DNA from: an uncultured delta proteobacterium
Lineage (GTDB): Bacteria > Myxococcota_A > Polyangia > Polyangiales > Polyangiaceae
Direction of reading: 5' to 3'
Length of the DNA stretch: 64,000 nt
Assembly (NCBI GenBank): GCA_963716725.1
Contig: CAVQUB010000018.1
Location: 92,686-156,685 of the forward strand
The notes below the pieces were generated by a model. That model was not told the origin of the DNA and did not search any database. It was given only the letters and a program-made list of their open reading frames with translations. Positions 40,877 to 50,162 of the stretch are shown piece by piece. Made by a program: the position numbers and the translations under genes. Position 1 is the stretch's first letter, and each line of letters begins with the position of its first letter.

Positions 40877-41372
40877 ATGGCACAGGAAGGGCGAAAGCTC
40901 GGAAGATTTGGGGATGGGACGGACGAGGTGATCGGTGCGCTGATCGAGGTGCATCGGCATCTCGGTCCAGGGCTGATGGAATCCGCATATGAGGCCTGTC
41001 TATCTGCCGAGCTGTCCGAACGACGGCTCAAGTTCGAGCGGCAGCGACCGCTACCAATCCGCTACAAAGGCGTACACCTTGACTGCGCCTATCGCCTCGA
41101 CCTGGTCGCTTCCAGATCGTATCCTCCTGGAGCTCAAGGCGGTCGAGCGGCTGCTCCCGATTTACGAAGCGCAGGTCATCACCTATCTGCGCCTTTCGCG
41201 GTTGCCCGTCGGCCTGCTCGTCAACTTCAACGTGACCGCGCTCAGAAATGGCCTGCGGAGGCTAACGCCTGACCACCCCAAATCCTTCCGCTCTTCCGCC
41301 CTTCCTGTGAGAGCCCAAATGAGCGCAGGTCTCAGGGGCGAATCCACTCGAACTTCGGCCGCGCGGCACTAG
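40877..41372 (+). CDS. GxxExxY protein, PD-(D/E)XK nuclease-like (frameshift near 41,110)
   Basis: VHRHLGPGLMESAYE, YRLDLV, ILLELKAVE, AQVITYL and GLLVNFN motifs. Confidence 0.9.
40881..41309. repeat. Imperfect 33/34-bp inverted repeats bracketing the GxxExxY core (40881-40913 and 41276-41309)
   Basis: CACAGGAAGGGCGAAAGCTCGGAAG-ATTTGGGG vs CACAGGAAGGGCGGAAGAGCGGAAGGATTTGGGG, 30/34 identical. Confidence 0.85.
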
Positions 41373-41403
41373 ATCGTGATGGCCAAAAACCGTTCCCTCA
41401 CGC

Positions 41404-43044
41404 TCAGCGCGAAGCTCGAGCCGCGCCTCGGTCGAGGTCCACTTGCCGGCCCGGAAAGAAGTCGGCGAAACTCGGCGCGATGACTCGCTCGAGCCGCTCG
41501 GCGACTTCGCTCGCGCGGTCCAAGGCAATGCTGAACCCGTGAGCCTCCAGGTCGCCGCTCAGCCGATGCATCACGCGCTTGATCCGCTCGAAGGTCGACA
41601 GATAGGCGCCGCGCCAGATCGCCAGATACGGGCGATGATCCATCGGGTTCATGGTCAACAGGCGCCGCACGCGGTTCGATGGCAAGAAGGTGTAGGTGCT
41701 CACCTGCGGATGCCTGCGCAGCGCCCACTGTCGCGCATGCTCGAATCGCGTGTACGAGAGCGCACGCACGCCCTGGTCGATGTTGTAGAGCACCCCGCGG
41801 CGGTGCGCCGTCCCAGCGATCTGAGACACGTAGGGCACGAAGGGGTCCAAGATGAACACGAGATCGGCGCCGCGCTCGATGGCCTCGACGAAATTGCTGG
41901 TACGCGTGACGGCGCCGTCTTCGTAGTAGCGGTCGTCGATCTCCACCGCGGAAAACGCTGGATTCACGCTGAGTGAGCCCTGAACCGCGACGCTGATGGG
42001 GACCGCGTCCCGACCCTCGGAGCCGAACACCACGTGGCGTCGCGCGTCTTGATCCGACGCACCAATGTAGAGCGGCTTCTTCAGTCGGCGAAAGTCGTTG
42101 TTGGCCTCCGACGCCGACAGGATGCCTCGCAGGGTCTGCTCGAAGTCATCGGAGTGGAAGGGCGGCCCCACGAGCGAGGTGTAGTCGAGCACCAAGTCGT
42201 TGAAGCTCGGCAGCGTCCGATGCCAGGCCAACTCGTAGGCGGCGTGCCAGAAGATGTCCGTGGCGGCCCCGAACCGCGCCGCCATGTCCTTCCAGTTCAG
42301 GTGACTGATGCGGAAGAGCTGCAGGTCGAGGGGCGGGATGCGTCCCCCTGGATGGTGGTCGATGGCCGCCATCAGCTCTTCGACCGAGTAGCCGGCGCTC
42401 AAGACGCTGGCGACCACGGCGCCGGCGCTGATCCCGAAGTACATGTCCAGATCGGCGATGCCCGGCGAGAGACAATCGTCCAAACACTTGAGCGCTCCGA
42501 GCTCGAAGAAGATCCCCGTGATGCCTCCGCCCGAAGCCGCCAACGCAGTCTTGCCGACGCACCGACCCGCCAGGAGCTCGACCAGCGTGCTCGAGACGCG
42601 GTGCGGAAAGTCGGGGTCGACGCCGCGCTCGCGAAGCACGTGGCCGACACCGCTCTTGCCAAGCTCGTTCATCAGGTCGTCGGTGCCGACGTCGTCTCCG
42701 GCCACCAGCGCCATGATGCGATGAAATCCGTACCGGACTTCGATGTCGGCAGGACGGTCGAGGCGCGCGAGCAAGGTCCTTGCGCCTCGAATCGCGCGTT
42801 CGATCTCCGGGCCCGTCTCGCCGCGCAGATCGAGCAGGATCGCGTGGAGATACTCGCTGGCCAGCCGTTCTTCGACCCCTTCGGGGGTGAACTCGAACAC
42901 CAGCTCGAAGAGCGTCCCCTGGTACTCGAACACGGGGGGCTCTGTCGAAAGCGCTCGCGCGTGCCCGGACCATCGCTCCAAGCAGGCAGCGGGCGTGCGA
43001 CCGGCACCGGAGAAGTACAGAACTCTCTTCGTCAACCGGCGCAT
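41404..43044 (-). CDS. Patatin-like phospholipase with extra N-terminal domain
   Basis: SGGGITG, GISAG (GxSxG) and YYEDGA motifs. Confidence 0.88.
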   Translation of the reverse strand: MRRLTKRVLYFSGAGRTPAACLERWSGHARALSTEPPVFEYQGTLFELVFEFTPEGVEERLASEYLHAILLDLRGETGPEIERAIRGARTLLARLDRPADIEVRYGFHRIMALVAGDDVGTDDLMNELGKSGVGHVLRERGVDPDFPHRVSSTLVELLAGRCVGKTALAASGGGITGIFFELGALKCLDDCLSPGIADLDMYFGISAGAVVASVLSAGYSVEELMAAIDHHPGGRIPPLDLQLFRISHLNWKDMAARFGAATDIFWHAAYELAWHRTLPSFNDLVLDYTSLVGPPFHSDDFEQTLRGILSASEANNDFRRLKKPLYIGASDQDARRHVVFGSEGRDAVPISVAVQGSLSVNPAFSAVEIDDRYYEDGAVTRTSNFVEAIERGADLVFILDPFVPYVSQIAGTAHRRGVLYNIDQGVRALSYTRFEHARQWALRRHPQVSTYTFLPSNRVRRLLTMNPMDHRPYLAIWRGAYLSTFERIKRVMHRLSGDLEAHGFSIALDRASEVAERLERVIAPSFADFFPGRQVDLDRGAARASR

Positions 43045-43134
43045 TGTCGCTCGGCCGCCGGCGCCGCGATAGGCGAAAGGTTTTCGCGAGTGCGGGCCGA
43101 ATACGGGGGGTTCCGTGGTATGGACGCGCCCGCC

Positions 43135-44649
43135 ATGTTCAAGAAAGTGCTGATCGCGAACCGCGGAGAGATCGCCGTCCGCATTGCCCGCACGTTGAAG
43201 GAGATGGGCATCGTGCCCGTCGCGGTGTACTCGGAGGCGGATCGGGACGCGCTGCACGTGCGCGTGGCAGACGAGGCACACGAGATCGGACCGGCCGCCG
43301 CCGCCGAGAGCTACCTCCGCATCGACAAGCTGATGGATGTCGCGAAGCGGTCGGGCTGCGATGCTCTGATCCCGGGCTACGGCTTCCTCAGTGAGAACCC
43401 GGCGCTGCCCGAGGCCTGCGACGAAAACGGCATCGTGTTCATCGGTCCGCCAGCCAGCGCGATGCGCGCCATGGGCTCGAAGACCGCCGCTCGCGAGAAG
43501 ATGAGCGCTGCCGGCGTTCCCATCGTGCCCGGTGGCGCCGCCGACACCGTCGAAGAGGCGAAGGCCACGGCCGCCCGCATCGGCTACCCGGTGATGCTCA
43601 AGGCCACCGCTGGCGGCGGCGGCAAGGGCATGCGGCTGGTCGCCGGTGAAAACGATCTCGCCCCCGCCCTCGAACGCGCCAAGAGCGAGGCCAAGAAGGC
43701 CTTCGGCGACGACACCGTCTACATGGAGAAGGCCATCGTGCGCCCGCGCCATGTCGAGATCCAGGTGCTCGGCGATCGCCACGGCAACGTGGTGCACTTG
43801 TTCGAACGCGACTGTTCGGTGCAGCGCCGTCACCAGAAGGTGGTCGAAGAAACGCCCTGCCCGGTCCTCGACGACGCGACGGCCCGCAAGATGGGCGAGG
43901 TCGCCGTGAAAGGCGCCAAGGCGGTCGGCTACTACTCCGCCGGAACCTTCGAGTTCCTGCTGGCGGAAGACCGCTCGTTCTACTTCCTCGAGGTGAACAC
44001 GCGACTCCAGGTCGAGCACCCGATCACCGAGCTTTGCACGGGCACCGATCTGGTGCGCGAGATGGTGCGCATCGCGGCGGGAGAACGCCTCGGCTTCGAT
44101 CAAGAGGCCATCGAGCGGCGCGGAGCCGCCATCGAGTGCCGCGTCTACGCCGAGGACCCGAGCACCGGCTTCTTGCCCAGCCCGGGGGTGATCGAAGAGC
44201 TGCGCGTCCCGGCCGGCCCGGGCGTCCGGGACGACAGCGGTGCCTACTCCGGGTGCACCATCAGCTCGAACTACGATCCGCTCATCTCCAAGCTCTGTGT
44301 CTGGGCGCCGACGCGCGACCTGGCCATTGCCCGCATGCGGCGCGCACTCGCCGAGTACGTGGTGACAGGGATCCGCACCAACCTGCCCTTCCACGAGCGG
44401 CTGTTCGAGCACCCGGAGTTCACGTCCGGCCGCTACGACACCGGGCTCATCGATCGGAACAAGGAAGCACTGCTCGGTGGCACGCGCATCCCGGAACAGG
44501 AGCGCCAACTCTACGCCGCGGCGATCGCGCTCTCCGCGTTCAAGGATCTGACTCCGCCGAGCCTCTTGACCCACACCAACGGCGGCGGTTCGGAGACCGC
44601 GCTCTCACCGTGGGTCGCCGCACAGCGATCGCGCTTGGGCAGGAGCTAG
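43135..44649 (+). CDS. accC: Biotin carboxylase subunit of acetyl/propionyl-CoA carboxylase
   Basis: KKVLIANRGEIA, PGYGFLSEN, GGGGKGMR, ERDCSVQRRHQK and EVNTRLQVEH motifs. Confidence 0.93.
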   Translation: MFKKVLIANRGEIAVRIARTLKEMGIVPVAVYSEADRDALHVRVADEAHEIGPAAAAESYLRIDKLMDVAKRSGCDALIPGYGFLSENPALPEACDENGIVFIGPPASAMRAMGSKTAAREKMSAAGVPIVPGGAADTVEEAKATAARIGYPVMLKATAGGGGKGMRLVAGENDLAPALERAKSEAKKAFGDDTVYMEKAIVRPRHVEIQVLGDRHGNVVHLFERDCSVQRRHQKVVEETPCPVLDDATARKMGEVAVKGAKAVGYYSAGTFEFLLAEDRSFYFLEVNTRLQVEHPITELCTGTDLVREMVRIAAGERLGFDQEAIERRGAAIECRVYAEDPSTGFLPSPGVIEELRVPAGPGVRDDSGAYSGCTISSNYDPLISKLCVWAPTRDLAIARMRRALAEYVVTGIRTNLPFHERLFEHPEFTSGRYDTGLIDRNKEALLGGTRIPEQERQLYAAAIALSAFKDLTPPSLLTHTNGGGSETALSPWVAAQRSRLGRS

Positions 44650-44653
44650 CACC

Positions 44654-45817
44654 ATGAACTCGCTCGATGGGATCCGCGTTCTCGACCTGACTCGGCTCCT
44701 GCCGGGCCCTTTCGCCACCCTCGTGCTCGCCGACCTCGGCGCGCGCGTCGACAAGATTGAGGACCCCGGGCTGGGCGACTACACCCGTCACACGCCGCCC
44801 ATGGTCGGCGGCGCGGGCGCCGCATTTCATGCGCTGAACCGCGGAAAGCGCAGCGCGGTGCTCGACCTGAAGAGCCCACGAGGGCGGGCCGCGTTCGAGC
44901 GTCTCGTGCCCCACTACGACGTGGTGTTCGAGCAATTCCGCCCCGGCGTGCTGGCGCGTTTGGGGCTGGGGCACGAACGCTTGCTCGAGCTCAGTCCCAA
45001 GCTGGTGGTGTGCGCGCTGACCGGCTACGGCCAGACCGGCCCGCTGCGAGACCGGGCAGGCCACGACCTGAACTACCTGGCGCGCGCGGGCCTCGTCGGC
45101 CTGGCCGGTCCGTCGGATCAGAAGCCGAGCATTCCGCCCTTTCAGCTCGCCGACGTCAGCGGCGGGCTTTGGAGTGTGATCGCCATTCTCGCAGCGCTCC
45201 GCCAGCGCGATCTCACCGGCAAGGGCGCGATCCTCGACATCGCGATGCTCGACTCCGTGATCCCCTTCGCGACCATCGGACTCTCGAAGCTGCTCGGCGG
45301 CGAGCTTCCCGCTCGGGGTGCGGAGCTCTTGAGCGGCGGCATCGCGGCCTACGACACCTATCTCGCGAAGGACGGCGAGGTGCTCACGCTCGGCGCTCTC
45401 GAGCCCAAGTTCCTGATGAAGTTCTGTACCCTGAACGGCGTCGACGCGGACATGTCGGTGATCCTGCCCGGCGCGCACCAGGCCGAACTCAAGCGTCGCT
45501 TCGCCGAGGTGATCGGCGCCAAGACCCGCGCCGAGTGGGAGGCCTTCAATGCCCTGAACGACACCTGCCTCGAGCCGGCGCTGCGCCCCGAGGAACTGCT
45601 GAACGATCCCCAAATCGTGGCACGAGGCGTGTTCTTCGAGCGCCAGGTGGGGGGCGACTCCGTCCGCTACTATCGCACGCCGGTGACGCCGAAGACCCTG
45701 GAGCCGACACCCGCACCGGCGCAAGGTGAGCACACCGACGCCATCTTCCTCGAGGCGGGCCTGACCGAGGCAGAGATCGCCGAGCTCAAAGCCGAGGGCA
45801 CCCTCAGATCTTCTTGA
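44654..45817 (+). CDS. CaiB/BaiF family III CoA-transferase (alpha-methylacyl-CoA racemase-like)
   Basis: LDLTRLLPGP, NRGKRS, FRPGV, GYGQTGP and GHDLNY motifs. Confidence 0.93.
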   Translation: MNSLDGIRVLDLTRLLPGPFATLVLADLGARVDKIEDPGLGDYTRHTPPMVGGAGAAFHALNRGKRSAVLDLKSPRGRAAFERLVPHYDVVFEQFRPGVLARLGLGHERLLELSPKLVVCALTGYGQTGPLRDRAGHDLNYLARAGLVGLAGPSDQKPSIPPFQLADVSGGLWSVIAILAALRQRDLTGKGAILDIAMLDSVIPFATIGLSKLLGGELPARGAELLSGGIAAYDTYLAKDGEVLTLGALEPKFLMKFCTLNGVDADMSVILPGAHQAELKRRFAEVIGAKTRAEWEAFNALNDTCLEPALRPEELLNDPQIVARGVFFERQVGGDSVRYYRTPVTPKTLEPTPAPAQGEHTDAIFLEAGLTEAEIAELKAEGTLRSS

Positions 45818-46817
45818 ATTCCTCGACGAATTCCCAGTCCGCGATCAGGTGCTTTCTCAGCAGCACGCTCAAGAGCGCGGCGAAGAGCTTCTCCCACTGC
45901 ACCCGCTCACCGAGAATCTCGCTGGCATCGGCGCCATGGGAAATCGCCCGGAGCGCTGCCACCAAATCCCGCGCCGTGAGGTGGTCGTCGTGCTCGTCCG
46001 CCGCGGGCTGATCGGAAGGTGCGGCGCGTGAACGGCGCGCGGGAAGATTGATCGTCGTCCCGTCGAGCAGCGTGACCGCGACCATCTTTCCCCGCCCCTG
46101 TCGGGGCGGCGGCAAACTGACGTCTCTCGCCGAAATCTGCGGACCCGAGTCGGGCGGAAGCGTGTCGGGTGTGAGGGCGGCGCGCGGCGGCCCAGGACGA
46201 ACGGACGCTCGGCGCGGAGCCGGAGGCTCGGACGCGCGCGCTGCTGCGGGTCGGCTCGGCGTCGCCGGGGCGGCCGCCGTTCCCGCTGCTGGAGTGGCAG
46301 CGGCGGGGCGCTCCGACGACGAGGTCGGCGGCGCCGCGGCACGAGCGGGGGCGGACGGCTCAGCGTCGCTCCCCCCGTAGTACGCGCGAATCGCCCCGCG
46401 GATGTCCGACAGCGGCGCGATCATCGCTCGCACCGGGAGCCCGGCGTAGCGCCTGACCTCCTCCCGGGCAGACTCGTCCTCTGGGTTGTCCATCGCGAGG
46501 TAGAGCGTCTCGCCGCTACCCCGGACCCGACGCACGAAGATCGGCACGAGTGAGTGGCGCTCGGCGAGCTCCCGGGGCACCAGGTTCAAGAGCTGCCTCG
46601 AGAAATCGATGTGGTAGAGCGACACCCAGGGGACACTGAGCTGCTGGCTCAAGATCTGCGTGACCTGAGTCTCGGTCACCATTCCGGTCGCAACCAGGAG
46701 GGTTCCGAGTCGCCGGCCATCCTGCTTCTGGAGGTTCAGGGCTTCCTCGAGCTGCTCCCGAGTGACGATCTGAGCCTCGACCAAGAGCTCACCAAGTCGA
46801 ACGCGCGGGGCGGTCAT
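45804..46817 (-). CDS. Stand-alone MshEN/T2SSE_N domain protein (no ATPase)
   Basis: RLGELLVEAQIVTREQLEEALNLQ...RLGTLLVATGMV, tandem MshEN motif; AMDNP. Confidence 0.85.
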   Translation of the reverse strand: MTAPRVRLGELLVEAQIVTREQLEEALNLQKQDGRRLGTLLVATGMVTETQVTQILSQQLSVPWVSLYHIDFSRQLLNLVPRELAERHSLVPIFVRRVRGSGETLYLAMDNPEDESAREEVRRYAGLPVRAMIAPLSDIRGAIRAYYGGSDAEPSAPARAAAPPTSSSERPAAATPAAGTAAAPATPSRPAAARASEPPAPRRASVRPGPPRAALTPDTLPPDSGPQISARDVSLPPPRQGRGKMVAVTLLDGTTINLPARRSRAAPSDQPAADEHDDHLTARDLVAALRAISHGADASEILGERVQWEKLFAALLSVLLRKHLIADWEFVEEFKKI

Positions 46818-47037
46818 CGCGGTCGAGTCTAGCAGCGGCGAACCCAGGCCCGAAAATCTCCGGGCTTTCACCGGCCCCGAGCTCTTGTCGAAATCGCGAT
46901 GGCAGGGCTTCTCCCCCGGGCAATGCTGGGCAATACTCCGCCATTGTGCGGGGGCTTTGGACAATGCTCGACACCCAACCCGCAAGCAGCCCGGCACCCG
47001 GGACCAAGACGATTCGTCGTGACCAGGGGGTTCGCTG

Positions 47038-49722
47038 ATGGCCACCTCGACGAGCACCCGCGCGTGCCCTCAGTGCGGGACGGGCTGCCCGGACGCCCAC
47101 CAGTACTGCCCGACCTGCGGCTTCCCGGTGGGCAACGTCAGCCACACGACCGAAGACCGCATGATCGGCAGGACGCTGCCGGGTGGCTACCACATCTTGG
47201 ACCTGATCAGCGTCGGCGGCATGGGCCGCGTCTATCGCGCCGAACAGAGCGTGCTGGGCCGCACCGTCGCGGTGAAGGTCATCCACCCGCATCTCTTGGC
47301 GGACGAGAACGCCGCGTTGCGCTTCATGACCGAGGCCCGCGCGGCTTCCCAACTCAATCATCCCAACTCGGTGTCGGTGTACGACTTCGGTCGGACCGAG
47401 GACGGTCAGCCCTACCTGGTGATGGAGTTCTTGCGGGGCAAGGACCTGGCAACCGTCGCGTGGGAGGAGGGCCCGCTCCCGTTCACCCGCACGACCGACG
47501 TGCTTCGACAGGCGCTGGCTGCGCTCGGCGAAGCCCACGAACTGGGGATTGTGCATCGGGACCTCAAGCCCGAAAACATCATCCTCGAGCCCCTGCGCCG
47601 AGGCGGCGACCACGTCAAAGTGGTGGACTTTGGCCTCGCCAAGCTCAAGGGCGACGCGTTGGGCCGCAGCATCACCAACCCCGGCATCGTGTGCGGTACC
47701 CCGGACTACATGTCGCCGGAGCAGGGGCGCGGCGACCCACTCGACGGACGCAGCGATCTGTACGGACTCGGCGTCGTGCTGTTCCAACTCCTGACCGGTC
47801 GCCTGCCTTTCGACGCCGACACGCCGACTCAGATTGTGATGATGCACCTCACGATCCCGGTGCCCGATCCGCGCCAGGTGGCGCCTGAACGCAACATCCC
47901 CGAGCCCTTGGTCGAGGTCGTCCAGAAGGCGATGGCGAAGGACCAGGCCGCGCGCTACCAAGATGCGGCCGAGTTCTCCGACGCGCTCACGGCCGCTCAG
48001 CGCGCCTTCGAGGGCGTGGCCTCCGGCCCCGCGTCGGCCCTCGCAAACGGCGCTCACGCGGCCGGCACCATCACCGCGACGAGCATCGAATGCCCCTCGT
48101 GCAAGGCCACGGTGGCTGCTTCCAAGTTCTGCGGCGAGTGCGCCACGCGGCTGCCGGCGAGATCGCGCCCGGCAGCGCTCGGCGCCACGAGCCTGCCTTT
48201 GCCCCTGATGGGCCGCGAGGAAGACCTCGCGTGGCTCGAGGACCGTCGACAGCAGGTCACGTCCGGCGTCGTCGGCGCGCGCATCGTAGCCGAGGCCGGC
48301 GGCGGAAAGACGCGCCTGCTGAACGAGTTCGTGCGACTCGCCGAGGCCGGCGGAGATCGCGTCGTCGTGGTCGGCCCGGACCCGTTCTGGTGCGAGGCGG
48401 CCAACTCGGCGCTGCGCGACGCCATTCGCGGCCTGACCGGCCTCGACGAAGCCACGATCCGGGCCCTCGCGGAAGATGCGAACCCCGAGGCTCGGCGCGG
48501 CATCCAGGAGATATTCGACGGCGAGCGGGGCCGCCGCGACGACAAACGCTCGGCAGCGGAGCGACGCTTCGCCGCCGCAGAGGCGCTCCGCTGGGCTTTG
48601 GTCGGCGCCGCCAAGTCCGGCGACCGTCGCGTGATCCTCGCCATTGACGAGCTGCACCGCATTGACGGCCCGAGCCGTGCGGCGTTCGCGGATGCCCTCG
48701 GCGAACCCCCCGAGGCGCGGGTGCTGATGCTCTGCACACACGCTACCGGATTCGAGTCGGGCTGGGGGGCGGGGCACGCGGCGCGCGTGCTGACCGGACT
48801 GCCGCCGCCGGCGCTGTTGCGGGCTTTGTCGTCGGTACCTCCGGAGCAGCTTCAGGCCGCCGAGGACGAAACGGGTCGCGGCGTTCTGCCGATGTATGCG
48901 GAGCAGCTCCTGCGCTTCCATCTGGACGGCGGCCACGATCCACCTCAGCGCCTCGGCGACCTGATCGGCGTGCGCGTGGACACTTTGGACTCGGCAGCTC
49001 GTCGGACGCTCCAGGCGCTGTCCGTGCTCGGGGACCGCGTTCAGCCGGAAATGCTGTCGGCGCTCCTACCCAAGGGTCACACGGTCGATGCGTCCCTCGA
49101 GCAGCTCGAGATCGCCGGCATGGCGGAGCGGAGCGGCGAGCTTTGGTCCACCTCCCATCCGCTGCTCCGCGAGCTCGTCCTGATCGGCATCCCCGCAGCC
49201 GTCCGACGGGAATTCCACGCCAAGGCGCTGCGTGTCTGCGAGAAGCACGCCGCCCCCATCGAGGCACAAGCGCTGCACGCCTATGAGGCTCAGGACTCGT
49301 TCCAGGCCCTGCTCTTGCTCGAGCAAGTCGCGGATCGCGCCACCGGGCGAGGCGACCTCAATTCCGAGATCGAGGCCCTGCGGCGTGGGCTCGAAATCGC
49401 GCGGCGCGACGTCGCGCGCGGGGAGCTCGATGACCCGCTCCGAGCGGTGCTGATCTTCGCCCGCAAGCTCGGCAGCGCGCTGACTCGCGCGGGCAACTTC
49501 GCCGACGCCGAGGGCATCCTGCGCGAAGCGCTGGACATCGCCGGTCCGAGCGGACCCGACCGGGCGCGCGTGCTCGGCAGCCTCGCGCAGGTCGCTCATG
49601 GACGTCATCGGGAGTCCGAAGCCCTGGTCTACATCGACCAGGCCATCGAGACCGCACGGCAATCCGGCAACTACGACCTGGTGAGCAGCTTCAGCGACAC
49701 GCGCAAATCCTGGGCGAGCTGA
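47038..49722 (+). CDS. Ser/Thr kinase with zinc ribbons, P-loop (AAA/STAND-like) domain and TPR-like tail
   Basis: CPQC..CPTC, GGMGRV, HRDLKPEN, DFGLAK, CPSC..CGEC, LMGREED, AEAGGGKTRL and AIDELH motifs. Confidence 0.92.
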   Translation: MATSTSTRACPQCGTGCPDAHQYCPTCGFPVGNVSHTTEDRMIGRTLPGGYHILDLISVGGMGRVYRAEQSVLGRTVAVKVIHPHLLADENAALRFMTEARAASQLNHPNSVSVYDFGRTEDGQPYLVMEFLRGKDLATVAWEEGPLPFTRTTDVLRQALAALGEAHELGIVHRDLKPENIILEPLRRGGDHVKVVDFGLAKLKGDALGRSITNPGIVCGTPDYMSPEQGRGDPLDGRSDLYGLGVVLFQLLTGRLPFDADTPTQIVMMHLTIPVPDPRQVAPERNIPEPLVEVVQKAMAKDQAARYQDAAEFSDALTAAQRAFEGVASGPASALANGAHAAGTITATSIECPSCKATVAASKFCGECATRLPARSRPAALGATSLPLPLMGREEDLAWLEDRRQQVTSGVVGARIVAEAGGGKTRLLNEFVRLAEAGGDRVVVVGPDPFWCEAANSALRDAIRGLTGLDEATIRALAEDANPEARRGIQEIFDGERGRRDDKRSAAERRFAAAEALRWALVGAAKSGDRRVILAIDELHRIDGPSRAAFADALGEPPEARVLMLCTHATGFESGWGAGHAARVLTGLPPPALLRALSSVPPEQLQAAEDETGRGVLPMYAEQLLRFHLDGGHDPPQRLGDLIGVRVDTLDSAARRTLQALSVLGDRVQPEMLSALLPKGHTVDASLEQLEIAGMAERSGELWSTSHPLLRELVLIGIPAAVRREFHAKALRVCEKHAAPIEAQALHAYEAQDSFQALLLLEQVADRATGRGDLNSEIEALRRGLEIARRDVARGELDDPLRAVLIFARKLGSALTRAGNFADAEGILREALDIAGPSGPDRARVLGSLAQVAHGRHRESEALVYIDQAIETARQSGNYDLVSSFSDTRKSWAS

Positions 49723-49748
49723 GCGCGGGGACGTACGCCCGCGCCAAT

Positions 49749-50162
49749 TCAGTCGGCCGGCGGCGTCGTGCCCCGGATGAACTGACCGATCTTTCGGTCC
49801 GCCGTGGTCGTGTGCTGATAGAGCCAGTCCTTGAGAAAGTGCACCAAGGGCATGGACAGCTCGGCTTCGCCTTTGCGATAGCGCTCCACCATGCCGAGCG
49901 TCTTCTCGAGCAGCGCTTGGTGTTGCTGTTTGTGCCCTTCGATGTCTGGATAGCCGACCGAGGCCATGATCTCTTCCTCGGCTCGGAAGTGATAGACGGT
50001 GTAATCGAGGAGTTCGGTCAGCGCGACATCGACAGCGCCGCGCCCCTCCCCCGCGAGCAGCGCGTCGTGAAAGGCATTTACGAGGTCGAACAGCCTGAGA
50101 TGGTGGCCGTCGACAACCTCGACGCCAATGGCGTACTGTGGTTGCCAGGTCATCAGCGCCAT
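49749..50162 (-). CDS. Bacteriohemerythrin
   Basis: W...Y.IG...VD..H, YHFRAEE, HKQQH and WLYQH...D motifs; AGGAG RBS. Confidence 0.92.
   Translation of the reverse strand: MALMTWQPQYAIGVEVVDGHHLRLFDLVNAFHDALLAGEGRGAVDVALTELLDYTVYHFRAEEEIMASVGYPDIEGHKQQHQALLEKTLGMVERYRKGEAELSMPLVHFLKDWLYQHTTTADRKIGQFIRGTTPPAD

Larger units (their letters stand above)
40133..41371 (+). mobile_element. Non-autonomous IS630-family element (TA-flanked, terminal inverted repeats) containing a GxxExxY insert
   Basis: Left cTAGTGCCGCGCGGCAGAAGTT (40132-40153) vs reverse complement of 41351-41372 cTAGTGCCGCGCGGCCGAAGTT, 21/22 match; TA at both ends. Confidence 0.88.

Noticed and set aside
41404..44574. 1056-aa ORF as a giant patatin fusion (likewise the long 5' extensions of ORFs 25747-29229, 25603-27099 and 42034-44649)
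   Set aside because: The extensions are antisense shadows of real genes on the other strand, common in high-GC DNA
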